IMG/VR virus record: IMGVR_UViG_3300044712_000815
Location: 32,001 to 96,000 of that record
Source: a virus
Length of the DNA stretch: 64,000 bases
Strand: one strand, 5' to 3'
Of the stretch, positions 27,343 through 37,273 are shown one piece after another; position 1 is the first letter of the stretch; the number at the start of each line of letters is the position of its first letter. A program made the translations under genes and the position numbers. Below the pieces are notes generated by a model that was not told the origin of the DNA, searched no databases, and saw only the letters and a program-made list of their open reading frames with translations.

Positions 27343-29614
27343 ACATTATTTTAAAGACCGAATTCTTCACTTTTAACAAATACAATCCATGCTTTATGTT
27401 CAAATTATTTAAATTTAATGAACCATTCACTTTACCATTAAAAACTTTCTGACCTTCAATATTATATATAACAACATTATCTTTATCAGTAATATTATCA
27501 AAATGAATATAATCATTAGTTGGATTTGGATATATTTTAATAGATATTTCATTTTTTACTACATTAACACCAACATTATTAAATACATCTACTTCATTTA
27601 ATGCACTCCATTCATCATTGTGTTTAATTCTAGCTTTTATGTGTGTTGTTCCAACAAGTTCAATAATTTCATTATTGATTGCTTTTTTTGCCAATGGATT
27701 TATTTGACCACCAATCATTCTAGGATCAGAATTATCAGTAGTATAATAAATATCACCGATCATACCAACCAAATAAATTTGATTATATACATTATTATTG
27801 ACTTTTTTATTGTTTAATAATATTTTAGGTGGATCAATTGTTGGATATAATCCTGCATCAATTAACTGTTGTAATACAATATCTGTTCTATATGGAAAAT
27901 AATTATTATACAGATCATTAATTTGATTTTTCCAATCATCTTTAGTAAATGTTGTACCTCTAGTATCACCCCAACGAGCAGATTCACCAATGATAGCTAT
28001 TTCAATTTCATTAATTCTTTTTTGAAATCTATCCATTGCAACATCGGGTGTAAATACACCATCATTAAAAAATGTTTTATAAATTCTATCAGCAATTCGC
28101 ATTCTATATTCACTATTTGAAGATAGTTTATAATGTAACCATTGTGGATGAAAATCAGTAACTGTGGGAGGTTCACCACCAATATTCATATCTATTTCTA
28201 CCCTGTTTTTATTCACATCATCCAATGTTGATTCACCATCGTGATTAAAGAATACAAATCCCTTAGCTTTATCAATTCGATTGTCTACCGCATAAAAATT
28301 ATTTGGTTGGTTATCCCTCGATGTAGTAGAAGGTGCATCATAATTGCCAGTATAAAAAATAATCAACATATAATCAATTAAATTGTCAACATCGACTAAT
28401 ACTTCACTGTCATTTGTTTTTCCATTTTCATCTTTACCTTCAATAGCAAAATAATTTGCATTATTTTTAAATCCTTCATTACACATATTATAAATATGTT
28501 GCCACGAATCAAAACTACCATATTTTGCACTAACTGAAAATTTGACAGCTAATATTTCTTCATTAGCTTTTATTACATCATAATCACTTTCATCACCACC
28601 AAAATAACTTTTAGTATAATGATCATCAACTCTTTCTTGGGTTTGATATAATCCCCAATACATACCATTTAAGTATAGGTGATAATATCGGCTTCGGGTA
28701 TAGGGTCTACCCATATCACGTTGTGTATCACGAGAAAATACATCACGATTATATGTACTTAATGGATCACCTTGATTCCACGAATGATTTTGATCACAAC
28801 GAAGGTCAATCTTATCAAATTTATTAACACCTTCATCATCAAATAAAGAATATTTTAATTTTCCTACACCATATTTACTTTTGAATTCTAAATGAAACCC
28901 ATGTTTAGGGTATCCAATACACCAAGGATTAACACCGTGTCTACTCCAACCACCACGTATACTTAATCCACAATTTACATTAAACCCAGTTTCACCATTT
29001 GGATTTAATAATTCAACTGAACAAAATCGTTCCCATTTTTCACTATCGTATTGAATAATATCACCATCATTAAAACCATTTTCAGCATTTACATAAATGC
29101 CTGTTTTTGGATCAAAAAGATTTTTTAAATCTGTAACTATTGATATAGATGGAATAGCTTTAAGTGCATTAATCAAATCCGAATTATTAATTTTAGGATT
29201 CAATCCAAGATAAATTAATTGATCATTCACCATGGAAGTTGTTGGAAATCCACCTTCTGGTTTTGTTTGATTAATAACTTCATTTAAAAAAACATAAGTT
29301 TGTGTTAATGGAAACAAAACTGAATCTTTCTTTAATGATGCCCTTACAATGTAACAAGGTGTTTTTGGCCGATCAATATTACTTTTTGGATCAATGGTTA
29401 ATGAAACTGTTTTTCCACCATTTTTAACTGATAGTGATGTTTGTGGATTACTACCATCAATTGTATAAACTATCGTATAAGAATCATCAGGCACATTCAT
29501 TTTCAATTCAAATGAATTGATATAAAATCCACCATTATGATCAAATATAACTTGTGGTGTAGCAAATACACTTATATTAAGTGTCAGAAATAAAATTATC
29601 AAAAGTTTATTCAT
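27335..29614 (-). CDS. CotH-family kinase with signal peptide, FN3-associated domains and T9SS C-terminal sorting domain
   Basis: YTIDGSNP; IRGGWSR; LYLNGMYWGLY..QE; GNYD...NNFY...HDGE; C-terminal IYPNPT...IYNIEGQKV...GLYLLKV. Confidence 0.85.
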   Translation of the reverse strand: MNKLLIILFLTLNISVFATPQVIFDHNGGFYINSFELKMNVPDDSYTIVYTIDGSNPQTSLSVKNGGKTVSLTIDPKSNIDRPKTPCYIVRASLKKDSVLFPLTQTYVFLNEVINQTKPEGGFPTTSMVNDQLIYLGLNPKINNSDLINALKAIPSISIVTDLKNLFDPKTGIYVNAENGFNDGDIIQYDSEKWERFCSVELLNPNGETGFNVNCGLSIRGGWSRHGVNPWCIGYPKHGFHLEFKSKYGVGKLKYSLFDDEGVNKFDKIDLRCDQNHSWNQGDPLSTYNRDVFSRDTQRDMGRPYTRSRYYHLYLNGMYWGLYQTQERVDDHYTKSYFGGDESDYDVIKANEEILAVKFSVSAKYGSFDSWQHIYNMCNEGFKNNANYFAIEGKDENGKTNDSEVLVDVDNLIDYMLIIFYTGNYDAPSTTSRDNQPNNFYAVDNRIDKAKGFVFFNHDGESTLDDVNKNRVEIDMNIGGEPPTVTDFHPQWLHYKLSSNSEYRMRIADRIYKTFFNDGVFTPDVAMDRFQKRINEIEIAIIGESARWGDTRGTTFTKDDWKNQINDLYNNYFPYRTDIVLQQLIDAGLYPTIDPPKILLNNKKVNNNVYNQIYLVGMIGDIYYTTDNSDPRMIGGQINPLAKKAINNEIIELVGTTHIKARIKHNDEWSALNEVDVFNNVGVNVVKNEISIKIYPNPTNDYIHFDNITDKDNVVIYNIEGQKVFNGKVNGSLNLNNLNIKHGLYLLKVKNSVFKIMFN

Positions 29615-29621
29615 TGCTATT

Positions 29622-30002
29622 TTAATTGTTTTTATTTAAACATAACGTATTTATATCAACAATATTAGAAAATCCTAAAAAATCTGGATTATCATTTACC
29701 CTAACCATTGGAAACATATCCATATCAGAAATATAACATTCAGTTCTGTTTTGGGGAAGATCATTTTTATATTTGTATAATTTTTTCCCAACAAAAATAT
29801 CATCTTTTGTTATTTCATAGAGTTCGATAATATCTTTGATTTTTTTAATAGTTGAAAATATTTTTCCAAAGTATTCAAATCTTTCATTTTCATCCATATG
29901 TTCCCAATTGTCCCATTCATCACCAAAATAACCTTCTGATTCAGAAATATTCCATCTCATTTCAGGAAGTGAAGTTATCAATGTTTTTAATTTGTCTATC
30001 AT
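29622..30002 (-). CDS. Hypothetical protein
   Basis: Minus-strand operon ORF. Confidence 0.55.
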   Translation of the reverse strand: MIDKLKTLITSLPEMRWNISESEGYFGDEWDNWEHMDENERFEYFGKIFSTIKKIKDIIELYEITKDDIFVGKKLYKYKNDLPQNRTECYISDMDMFPMVRVNDNPDFLGFSNIVDINTLCLNKNN

Positions 30003-30005
30003 AAT

Positions 30006-30365
30006 CTAATTGTAGTTGTAGTAATTTTCTTTATTTAATTTTAGTATTTTTATTAGAAATTGAATAGTTTTTTCATAGAGTTCATCTTTATTCTCAGATT
30101 TTTTAAAAAAATCATTGAATTCTAATACTAACCTATCATATTGCTGAAATGTTAAATCAGTATTTCCAAATAATTTATAAAGTAAAATTTGATATGTGAT
30201 CAATGCAAAATATCTCCCATCATAATTTTTTTGAAAATCAATTGCAATATCATCAATACTCGGATAAATTGGTGAAAAATATTTAGACCATAGTGTTATT
30301 GTGGTTTTTTCACCTTCAACAATACTATTGTATTTTTCGAAATTAGGAACTACTAAGTGACCCAT
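30006..30365 (-). CDS. Hypothetical protein
   Basis: Preceded by minus-strand TATATTTG (30390-30397). Confidence 0.55.
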   Translation of the reverse strand: MGHLVVPNFEKYNSIVEGEKTTITLWSKYFSPIYPSIDDIAIDFQKNYDGRYFALITYQILLYKLFGNTDLTFQQYDRLVLEFNDFFKKSENKDELYEKTIQFLIKILKLNKENYYNYN

Positions 30366-30484
30366 AAATTGTTGTTTTAAATTATGCTACAAATATACGA
30401 ATTTTTATTGAAATAACAATGAAATAATAAATAAAATAAAGGAAACCAAATCTTTTAATATATATGAAAAAATAATATTTAAAA

Positions 30485-32242
30485 ATGGCAACATATAATC
30501 GCTATAATCAACCAAATTCAATGTATGAATTTGGAAAAGGTAATACTGGAAAAAGTTTTGGTAACAAATTATTAAGAAGGTTAAGTAATTTTGGTATGGA
30601 TGATCAGGAAATGGTAGTTAAAAATAGTCAAGCTGTTGGTGCATTTCAAGATACTAGTAACTTACTATATGAACCAGGCACAAATATGTATGATTTATTT
30701 ACTAAAAAAGTAATATCTAAAATATTAGAAAAAAAATCAATTGCATATTTAGATCGAAGATATCTAGATAAAAGAAAAATTTTACATCAATATGCAATTA
30801 AAGAAGAAATTAAAGATTATATAACAAGGATATCAGAAGAAGCTATTAACTATGATGATGATAATTATTTTTGTAGTGTTACAGATTTACCTGAAATGTA
30901 TGATCAATCAATTAGGATAAAATATCAAGAAAATTTTAAGAAAATTTATAATTCTTTCGGTTTTAATGATGGTCTTACTGCATGGAATTATATGAAAACA
31001 TTTTTGATAGATGGGTTTTTGGCATATGAACTTGTTTATGATGATGATCAAAAAAATATTATTGATCTTAATTTATTGGATCCATTAACATTAATTGTTG
31101 CTGCTGAACCGGGAACTGGAACTGTAGTTTGGATTCAAAATCCAGATTTACCACAATTAAGAAGGGTTTTATTAGATGCAAATATTGTTTACATATCATA
31201 TTCGAATAATTTGGACTATGATGAAACAAGTTATGTTGAAGGTCTTATTAAACCATATAACCAACTTAAATTATTAGAATTTACAAAGTTGATGTATAAT
31301 TTAAATCAAGCATCAATTTATAAAAAATTTATTATACCTGTTGATGGATTAACACGACAACAAGGTGAACAACAAATCACACAATTGATGAGTGAATATC
31401 ATGAAGACATTGAATGGGATGATAGAACAGGGATACCATATATTAATGGTTCAACAAAAATCCCACATTCAAAAGATATTTGGTTGCCAAAATCAGATAA
31501 TGGTGGATCACCAGAAGTTGAAATTATTCAGCCACAACAAGCTGAGTTAAATGAAGATGTAACATTACAATGGTTTTATAAAGGATTAAAACGTGCATCA
31601 AAAATGCCTTTTTCTAGATTGGATGAAGATCAAGGTGGTGGAAATTTTTATGATGATACTGCATCAATTACTATGGATGAAATCAGATTCAAAACTTTTG
31701 TTAATCGTTTAAGAACATTATTTAAAGAAGTTTTAGTTAAACCGTTGAAAATTCAAATGGTTTTAGATTTTCCTGAATTAGAAAAAGATAAATTATTTGA
31801 TAGTTATATTAAAATTAAATTTAATTCAAATGATTTATTCGAAGAATGGAAATATTTAAATAATTTATCAAAAAGAGCTGAAATAGCATCAACATTATCT
31901 TCTAATTTAGTGGATGCTGATGGAAAACCATACTTGAGTATTGAATTTTTAATCAGAAAAATAATGAAATTTACTGATGAAGATATTGAATTAAATAACA
32001 AATATAAAACAATGAGTGGTGCGGCATCTCCGGGTGCAGGTGCAGGTGGCGGTTTTGGTGGTGGCGGTGGCGGCCTAGGTGGAGCACAAATGGGTGGTGA
32101 AATGCCTGGTGGAGCACAAATGGGTGGTGAAATGCCTGGTGGAGCACAAATGGGTGGTGGAGCACAAGGTGGTGGAGCACAAGGTGGTGGAGCACAAGGT
32201 GGTGGAGCACAAGGTGGTGGAGCACAAGGTGCTGAATTTTAA
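30485..32242 (+). CDS. Portal protein (T4 gp20-like) with Gly-rich tail
   Basis: FLIDG, LDP, SYVEGLIKPYNQLKLLE, DIWLP, ASKMPFSRL, ITMDEIRFKTFVNRLR. Confidence 0.92.
   Translation: MATYNRYNQPNSMYEFGKGNTGKSFGNKLLRRLSNFGMDDQEMVVKNSQAVGAFQDTSNLLYEPGTNMYDLFTKKVISKILEKKSIAYLDRRYLDKRKILHQYAIKEEIKDYITRISEEAINYDDDNYFCSVTDLPEMYDQSIRIKYQENFKKIYNSFGFNDGLTAWNYMKTFLIDGFLAYELVYDDDQKNIIDLNLLDPLTLIVAAEPGTGTVVWIQNPDLPQLRRVLLDANIVYISYSNNLDYDETSYVEGLIKPYNQLKLLEFTKLMYNLNQASIYKKFIIPVDGLTRQQGEQQITQLMSEYHEDIEWDDRTGIPYINGSTKIPHSKDIWLPKSDNGGSPEVEIIQPQQAELNEDVTLQWFYKGLKRASKMPFSRLDEDQGGGNFYDDTASITMDEIRFKTFVNRLRTLFKEVLVKPLKIQMVLDFPELEKDKLFDSYIKIKFNSNDLFEEWKYLNNLSKRAEIASTLSSNLVDADGKPYLSIEFLIRKIMKFTDEDIELNNKYKTMSGAASPGAGAGGGFGGGGGGLGGAQMGGEMPGGAQMGGEMPGGAQMGGGAQGGGAQGGGAQGGGAQGGGAQGAEF
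32078..32230 (+). repeat. Coding tandem repeats in portal tail (30-bp GGAQMGGEMP x2; 15-bp GGGAQ x5)
   Basis: Direct inspection. Confidence 0.9.
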
Positions 32243-32258
32243 AAAATAATTTTAAAAT

Positions 32259-32771
32259 ATGTCATTAGATAGAAGAATAGTATCAATATTATATTACAAT
32301 AATATATTTGATGTAAATAAAGTAGAAGAATTTATTGGAGAAAAGAATAATTTTTATGAAATAAAAATTGGTGGCAAAATAAAAAAACTTGAAATTCCAA
32401 GTAAAGAATATAATCCTGAAAATTATTTCAATGATCTTAATAATGTTACGTTTGAAAAAAGAACTTTTATAATTCCGGTAAGTGATATATCAGAACAAGA
32501 TGCAAAAGAATCAATCAAACAATTAATGAAAGAATATAATGACGATATAGAATTGAATCAATTTGATATTGTTGTTGATGATATTAAAGAAAATAAAAAA
32601 TTAAAAGCAACTGAATCATTTGAAAAAGATTTAAAAAATTCTGAAATTGAAAAGAAAACAATTTTAGAAAAAAGCAAGAAATCAAATCCAAAAATATCTA
32701 GTAAAAAAATTCAAATTGTAGATTCAAAAAAAATTGATGATGATCTTGATGATTTCATAAATATATTATAA
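32259..32771 (+). CDS. Protein containing a copy of the portal clip-region segment
   Basis: FIIPVSDISEQDAKESIKQLMKEYNDDIE vs portal FIIPVDGLTRQQGEQQITQLMSEYHEDIE (15/29 identical). Confidence 0.65.
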   Translation: MSLDRRIVSILYYNNIFDVNKVEEFIGEKNNFYEIKIGGKIKKLEIPSKEYNPENYFNDLNNVTFEKRTFIIPVSDISEQDAKESIKQLMKEYNDDIELNQFDIVVDDIKENKKLKATESFEKDLKNSEIEKKTILEKSKKSNPKISSKKIQIVDSKKIDDDLDDFINIL

Positions 32772-32836
32772 TAGCAAAAAAACCAGTTAATTAACTGGTT
32801 TTTTTATTTTAAATATCAGATTATTTCAAAAGTAGA

Positions 32837-32866
32837 AAAAAGTGGTATTTTTTTACAAATATATAA
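32837..32866 (+). promoter_or_regulatory. Extended late promoter
   Basis: TGGTAT-N10-ATATATAA. Confidence 0.55.
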
Positions 32867-32885
32867 AGAAAAAATTATAAAAATT

Positions 32886-35234
32886 ATGAAACCAGTCCTT
32901 ATTGTAGAACATTGTATGGATGGTCTAAAATTAAAACCCGTAAATGAATCTCAAGATCCAAAAAAAGGTTATATTTTAAGTGGTACTTTCACCGAATTCA
33001 ATATTAAGAATAGGAACGATCGAGTTTATACTGCTGAAAAATTTTTACCACATCTTGATGAGTTATTGGCTCGTAAGAAACAGATGACCGTTGTTTATGG
33101 GGAATTTGACCACCCAGATGTGTTTGACACTTCATTATCAAGGGTTTCGCACACAATCGAAAACGCATTTTATGTTAAAGAATCAAATTTAGTAAAAGGT
33201 GAAATTAGATTACTCAATACACATTGGGGTAAAGAAGCGAAAGCACTTGTGGATGATGGTTGTCCAATTTTTGTATCATCTAGAGCTGCTGGTATCACAG
33301 AATCTGATGGTACTGTAACTGTTAAAAAACTTTTTACTTATGATGCCGTTGCTGACCCCGGTTTTTCATCAGCTAGAATGGAAGTTAAATCTATAAATGA
33401 AAGTTTAGGATTTAATGAAACCGCAAACTTTAGGATATATGATATATCTGACGAGTCAAAAATAAATGAATTATTTAGTATGAATCCAAATGACTTTGTA
33501 TCAAAAAAACACATGGTCGAGTATTCAAAGTATCTAACAAAGGAAATAGAAGATTTTAAAAGTACAATTAATGAAGCTATTAAAACAAAAAGTAATTATG
33601 ATCCTTCAAAGTTAGACCAAATGTTTACTTACTATGAAACTCTACATGAACAACAAACAAAAGTTGCAAAATATTTAGATTATCTTTCTGAAAAATTGCA
33701 AATTGTTGTAAATGAAAACGTCCAGTTGAAAAAAACAACAACAAAATTAATTGAACACAATGATTATCTTGCAGAAAATCTTGAAAAAGTAGGTAACTAC
33801 ACAGAATATATTGCAGAAAATCTTGACAAATCTATCGAATATGGTAAATATATTGCAGAAACCTTAGACAAAAATATCGACTTTTCTGAATACATTGCTG
33901 AACACGTAGATAAAAATATCAAATATTCAGAATACATTGCTGAAAATCTTGATAAAACAATAGATTATTCAGAATACATTGCTGAAAATCTTGATAAAAC
34001 AATAGATTATTCAGAATACATTGCTGAAAATCTTGATAATTCAATAGTATATGCAGAATATATTGCTGAAAATCTTGATAACAATATTGCATATTCAGAA
34101 TATATCGCTGAACATGTTGACAATAATATTTCATATTCGGAATATATCGCTGAAAATCTTGATGATTCAATGGCTTACACTAATTATATTGCTGAAAGTC
34201 TTGATAAAACAATTGAAAGATCAAAACTTCTTACAGAACAATTAAAAAATGGTAAAGTTCTTGAAAATTTCGATTTTATTAAAGATGAAGATATAAAAGG
34301 TGATGTAGATAAATATTATGAAGATGCAATTCCAACAGCAAATGCAGAAGAAACAGTAGATCAACCAATCACACCAGCAGAAGGTACAGAACCAGCAGAA
34401 GCTCCAGCAGAAGGTGCTCCAGCAGAAGGTGCAGAAGAAGTTCCAGCAGAAGGTGCAGAAGAAGTTCCAGCAGAAGGTGCAGAAGAAGTTCCAGCAGAAC
34501 TACCAACCGAAGAACCAAATGTTCAAGGTGAAGGTGGTGAAATAACTCCAGGTGAAACAGTTGCAATTGGTGATCAAACAGGTGAAGTTCTTGCCACTAA
34601 TCCACAAACAGGTATAATTGTAGTACAATTAGATACACAAGAAGAACCTGTTGAAGTTCAAGAATCAAAAGTTACCAGACTTGGTAGCAAATTAAGACTT
34701 GTCGAAAAGTCATTAAAAGAAAATCTAAATACATTGATCCAAGAAACTAAAAAACGTAAAGCTTCTGAAGATGATCAACCAAATTTCTTAATGTTCTTAA
34801 CTGAAAAACGTAAAGCAGCTTATTATTCATTGTCAAACGAAGACAAAACTAAGGTAAAAATCGCACTAAAAGAAAGCGAAGGAAAATACACTAGTGAAGC
34901 CCAAGTTATCGCAATTATAAATGAAGCTTTATCACCAAAAAGAAAATCATTTGATGAATTATTGCTTGATGCAATGCCATCTGAATTAAAACCTATATGG
35001 GAAAAATTAGATGCAAATGTCCAAGGTCAAATCCTTGCTACATCAAGATTATATAATGCATTGGATTCAGAACAAAAATTTGAAAGTTTTTGGTTAAGTA
35101 GAGACCTCGCACGTTACACAAACGAAAAACCTGCAAAACAATTAATCACTGAAAATCATATCGTAGATGATTCTAAATTAACTGAATCACAGATAGATCG
35201 TTTCAAATCAGTATTTAATAAATTGAATTCTTAA
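32886..35234 (+). CDS. Prohead protease (gp21-like) fused to scaffold/core domain
   Basis: NRNDRVY, GEFDHP, VSH, VSSRAAG, TYDAVADPGF; long coiled-coil repeat region. Confidence 0.9.
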   Translation: MKPVLIVEHCMDGLKLKPVNESQDPKKGYILSGTFTEFNIKNRNDRVYTAEKFLPHLDELLARKKQMTVVYGEFDHPDVFDTSLSRVSHTIENAFYVKESNLVKGEIRLLNTHWGKEAKALVDDGCPIFVSSRAAGITESDGTVTVKKLFTYDAVADPGFSSARMEVKSINESLGFNETANFRIYDISDESKINELFSMNPNDFVSKKHMVEYSKYLTKEIEDFKSTINEAIKTKSNYDPSKLDQMFTYYETLHEQQTKVAKYLDYLSEKLQIVVNENVQLKKTTTKLIEHNDYLAENLEKVGNYTEYIAENLDKSIEYGKYIAETLDKNIDFSEYIAEHVDKNIKYSEYIAENLDKTIDYSEYIAENLDKTIDYSEYIAENLDNSIVYAEYIAENLDNNIAYSEYIAEHVDNNISYSEYIAENLDDSMAYTNYIAESLDKTIERSKLLTEQLKNGKVLENFDFIKDEDIKGDVDKYYEDAIPTANAEETVDQPITPAEGTEPAEAPAEGAPAEGAEEVPAEGAEEVPAEGAEEVPAELPTEEPNVQGEGGEITPGETVAIGDQTGEVLATNPQTGIIVVQLDTQEEPVEVQESKVTRLGSKLRLVEKSLKENLNTLIQETKKRKASEDDQPNFLMFLTEKRKAAYYSLSNEDKTKVKIALKESEGKYTSEAQVIAIINEALSPKRKSFDELLLDAMPSELKPIWEKLDANVQGQILATSRLYNALDSEQKFESFWLSRDLARYTNEKPAKQLITENHIVDDSKLTESQIDRFKSVFNKLNS
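33760..34210 (+). repeat. 42-bp / 14-aa coding repeats (consensus SEYIAENLDKxIxY), about 11 units
   Basis: Direct inspection of DNA and protein. Confidence 0.9.
34413..34498 (+). repeat. 24-bp coding repeat (PAEGAEEV x3)
   Basis: CCAGCAGAAGGTGCAGAAGAAGTT tandem. Confidence 0.85.
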
Positions 35235-35241
35235 AAATAGA

Positions 35242-35274
35242 AAAAAATGATATTTTTTTAAGAATATATAAATA
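35242..35274 (+). promoter_or_regulatory. Extended late promoter of the capsid gene
   Basis: TGATAT-N10-ATATATAA; includes T4-type TATAAATA at 35267-35274. Confidence 0.6.
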
Positions 35275-35326
35275 CTGTAAAAACTAAAGACATTATGTCT
35301 TTAACAAAAAAAATAAAGAAAAACAA

Positions 35327-37168
35327 ATGAATTTAATAGTAGACAATCAAAAAGCTATCGCAAAATGGAAACCTGTTTTGGAATCTCTAGGTGTTGATGA
35401 TCCTTACAGAATGAAATGGATGGCAGAGTACGCTGAAATGCACTCATTAAATGAAAACGTAGCTTATAGTACACTTGGTAACCTTAATGGTATGGGTGCT
35501 ATTCAAGCTGCACAACCATCAGCAACTCCAGGTTTAGTTTGGGGTGATTATGGTGCTGGTACTCCAGGTGGAATTGGTTCTGGTGATATTGGTCAGAATT
35601 TACTTCCAGTTTCAATGAAAATTGCTGCACAAACTATTGGTTTGGATTTAGTAGCTGTTAAACCAGCTTCATCACCAAAAGTTGATATGTTATTCGTAGA
35701 TTTCAAATATGATAACTTAAATGATAGCACATTGAAAGACGAAAGACCAATTATGTTCCAATTGAACTTATCAGGTGGTCTTACAACTTTGAACACAGCT
35801 TTAAAAGCAGCTATGGCAACTAAATTAGATGCTAATTCACAACCAGTAAGAGAAAAAATCGGTGGTTTAACTAATCCTATTTTTGTACACTTATCAGGTG
35901 GTACTTTAACAGTAAACAATACAACAGCTAACGTTGGTGCAACTAGTACATTGGCAGCTTATTTCTTAAAAGGTGCTCCTGTTACTGCTCCAATTATTCA
36001 AGGATTTGATCCAACATTGACCAATTATCCAGCTAATGGTACAAGCCCAGCAAAAGAAGGTTGGTTAGAATTTTTAGGATGGTCAAGAATTAATGGTTAT
36101 CCAATGTTTAGATGTTTCCGTCAATTTAACACAGGTGCAAATAACGCAGGTTTCGGTTTTGTTGATGATAGAAATACTTTCCCAACAGCAGCATATCCAA
36201 TCGTAGATATGTTAAACTCTAGTGTATCAATGCAAATTGCTACAACAGCAGCAGTTGTAACCGAAGTACCTTTAACAGGTGCAACTATTCAATTGGTTTC
36301 ATTGCTTGAAGATCATATTCCTGGTTTTTCAGCAGGTTGGTACTTAAACAAACCTATGACAAGAGATGAAGATGAAAGAACTTATCCAAACGTAATTGGA
36401 CCAGACATTTTCACAAAAACAATCCAAGTTGGTGATGTTGAAATTAGTTCAAGCTTAAAACGTACTCAAATTGAAGATATTAAAGCTGCAACAGGTATGG
36501 ATATCGTTCAAAAACTTGAATCAGTTCTTGTAAATGAACTTACTCAAACTATTAGCAAACAAATTATTTCTAAAGTAACTGAAATGGCTGACAAAAACCG
36601 TACAGCATGGACAACACCAAAAGACACTTTAGGTAATCCTAAATTTGACTTTAACGTTGATACATATTTAGCAGTTGGTGCAGCTACCCCAGGTGGTGAA
36701 ACTACTCATAGTATTCAAAGAAAATTGATTGCAAAAATCAATAACGCTTCTAACTTCATCGCAACTGAAGGTCGTGTTGGACCAGCTCAATACCTTGTAA
36801 CCAATGGTAATTTAGCATCAGTTATTCAAGATGTTGCTGGTTATACCCTTAACCCAGTAAAAGCTAACTTAAACGCTAATGGTCAATTATTCCCTATGGG
36901 TAATGTTGGTAATATTAGTATTTATGTTGACCCTTACCAAAGATGGGATGACAACAGAATCTTCTTAGGTCGTAAAAATAGTGTTGAACAACCAGGTTTG
37001 GTATTCGTACCTTATTTGATGGCACAGTCAATTCAACTTATTTCAGAAGCAACTTGGGCTCCAAGAATGTTGATTAGAAGCCGTTATGCAGTTGCAGACA
37101 TTGGATTCTTTCCTTGGAAACAATTTATGACTATAGTTGTTACAGACAGCGCAGGTGTACTTATCTAA
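35327..37168 (+). CDS. Major capsid protein (gp23-like)
   Basis: KWKPVLE, IAAQTIGLDLVAVKP, EDIKA, NELTQTI, IYVDPY, PGLVFVPY, SRYA; biased codon usage; terminator at ~37189-37221. Confidence 0.92.
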   Translation: MNLIVDNQKAIAKWKPVLESLGVDDPYRMKWMAEYAEMHSLNENVAYSTLGNLNGMGAIQAAQPSATPGLVWGDYGAGTPGGIGSGDIGQNLLPVSMKIAAQTIGLDLVAVKPASSPKVDMLFVDFKYDNLNDSTLKDERPIMFQLNLSGGLTTLNTALKAAMATKLDANSQPVREKIGGLTNPIFVHLSGGTLTVNNTTANVGATSTLAAYFLKGAPVTAPIIQGFDPTLTNYPANGTSPAKEGWLEFLGWSRINGYPMFRCFRQFNTGANNAGFGFVDDRNTFPTAAYPIVDMLNSSVSMQIATTAAVVTEVPLTGATIQLVSLLEDHIPGFSAGWYLNKPMTRDEDERTYPNVIGPDIFTKTIQVGDVEISSSLKRTQIEDIKAATGMDIVQKLESVLVNELTQTISKQIISKVTEMADKNRTAWTTPKDTLGNPKFDFNVDTYLAVGAATPGGETTHSIQRKLIAKINNASNFIATEGRVGPAQYLVTNGNLASVIQDVAGYTLNPVKANLNANGQLFPMGNVGNISIYVDPYQRWDDNRIFLGRKNSVEQPGLVFVPYLMAQSIQLISEATWAPRMLIRSRYAVADIGFFPWKQFMTIVVTDSAGVLI

Positions 37169-37273
37169 TTGATAATCACAATACTTTTAAAAAAGAAGGA
37201 ATTTATTCCTTCTTTTTTTTTGTTTATTGATATTAATATAAACTTTTGCGCTATTAAAATTTATATATAGTAT

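Noticed and set aside
33760-34210. CRISPR-like periodic repeats
   Set aside because: Contiguous in-frame 42-bp coding repeats with no unique spacers and no cas genes.
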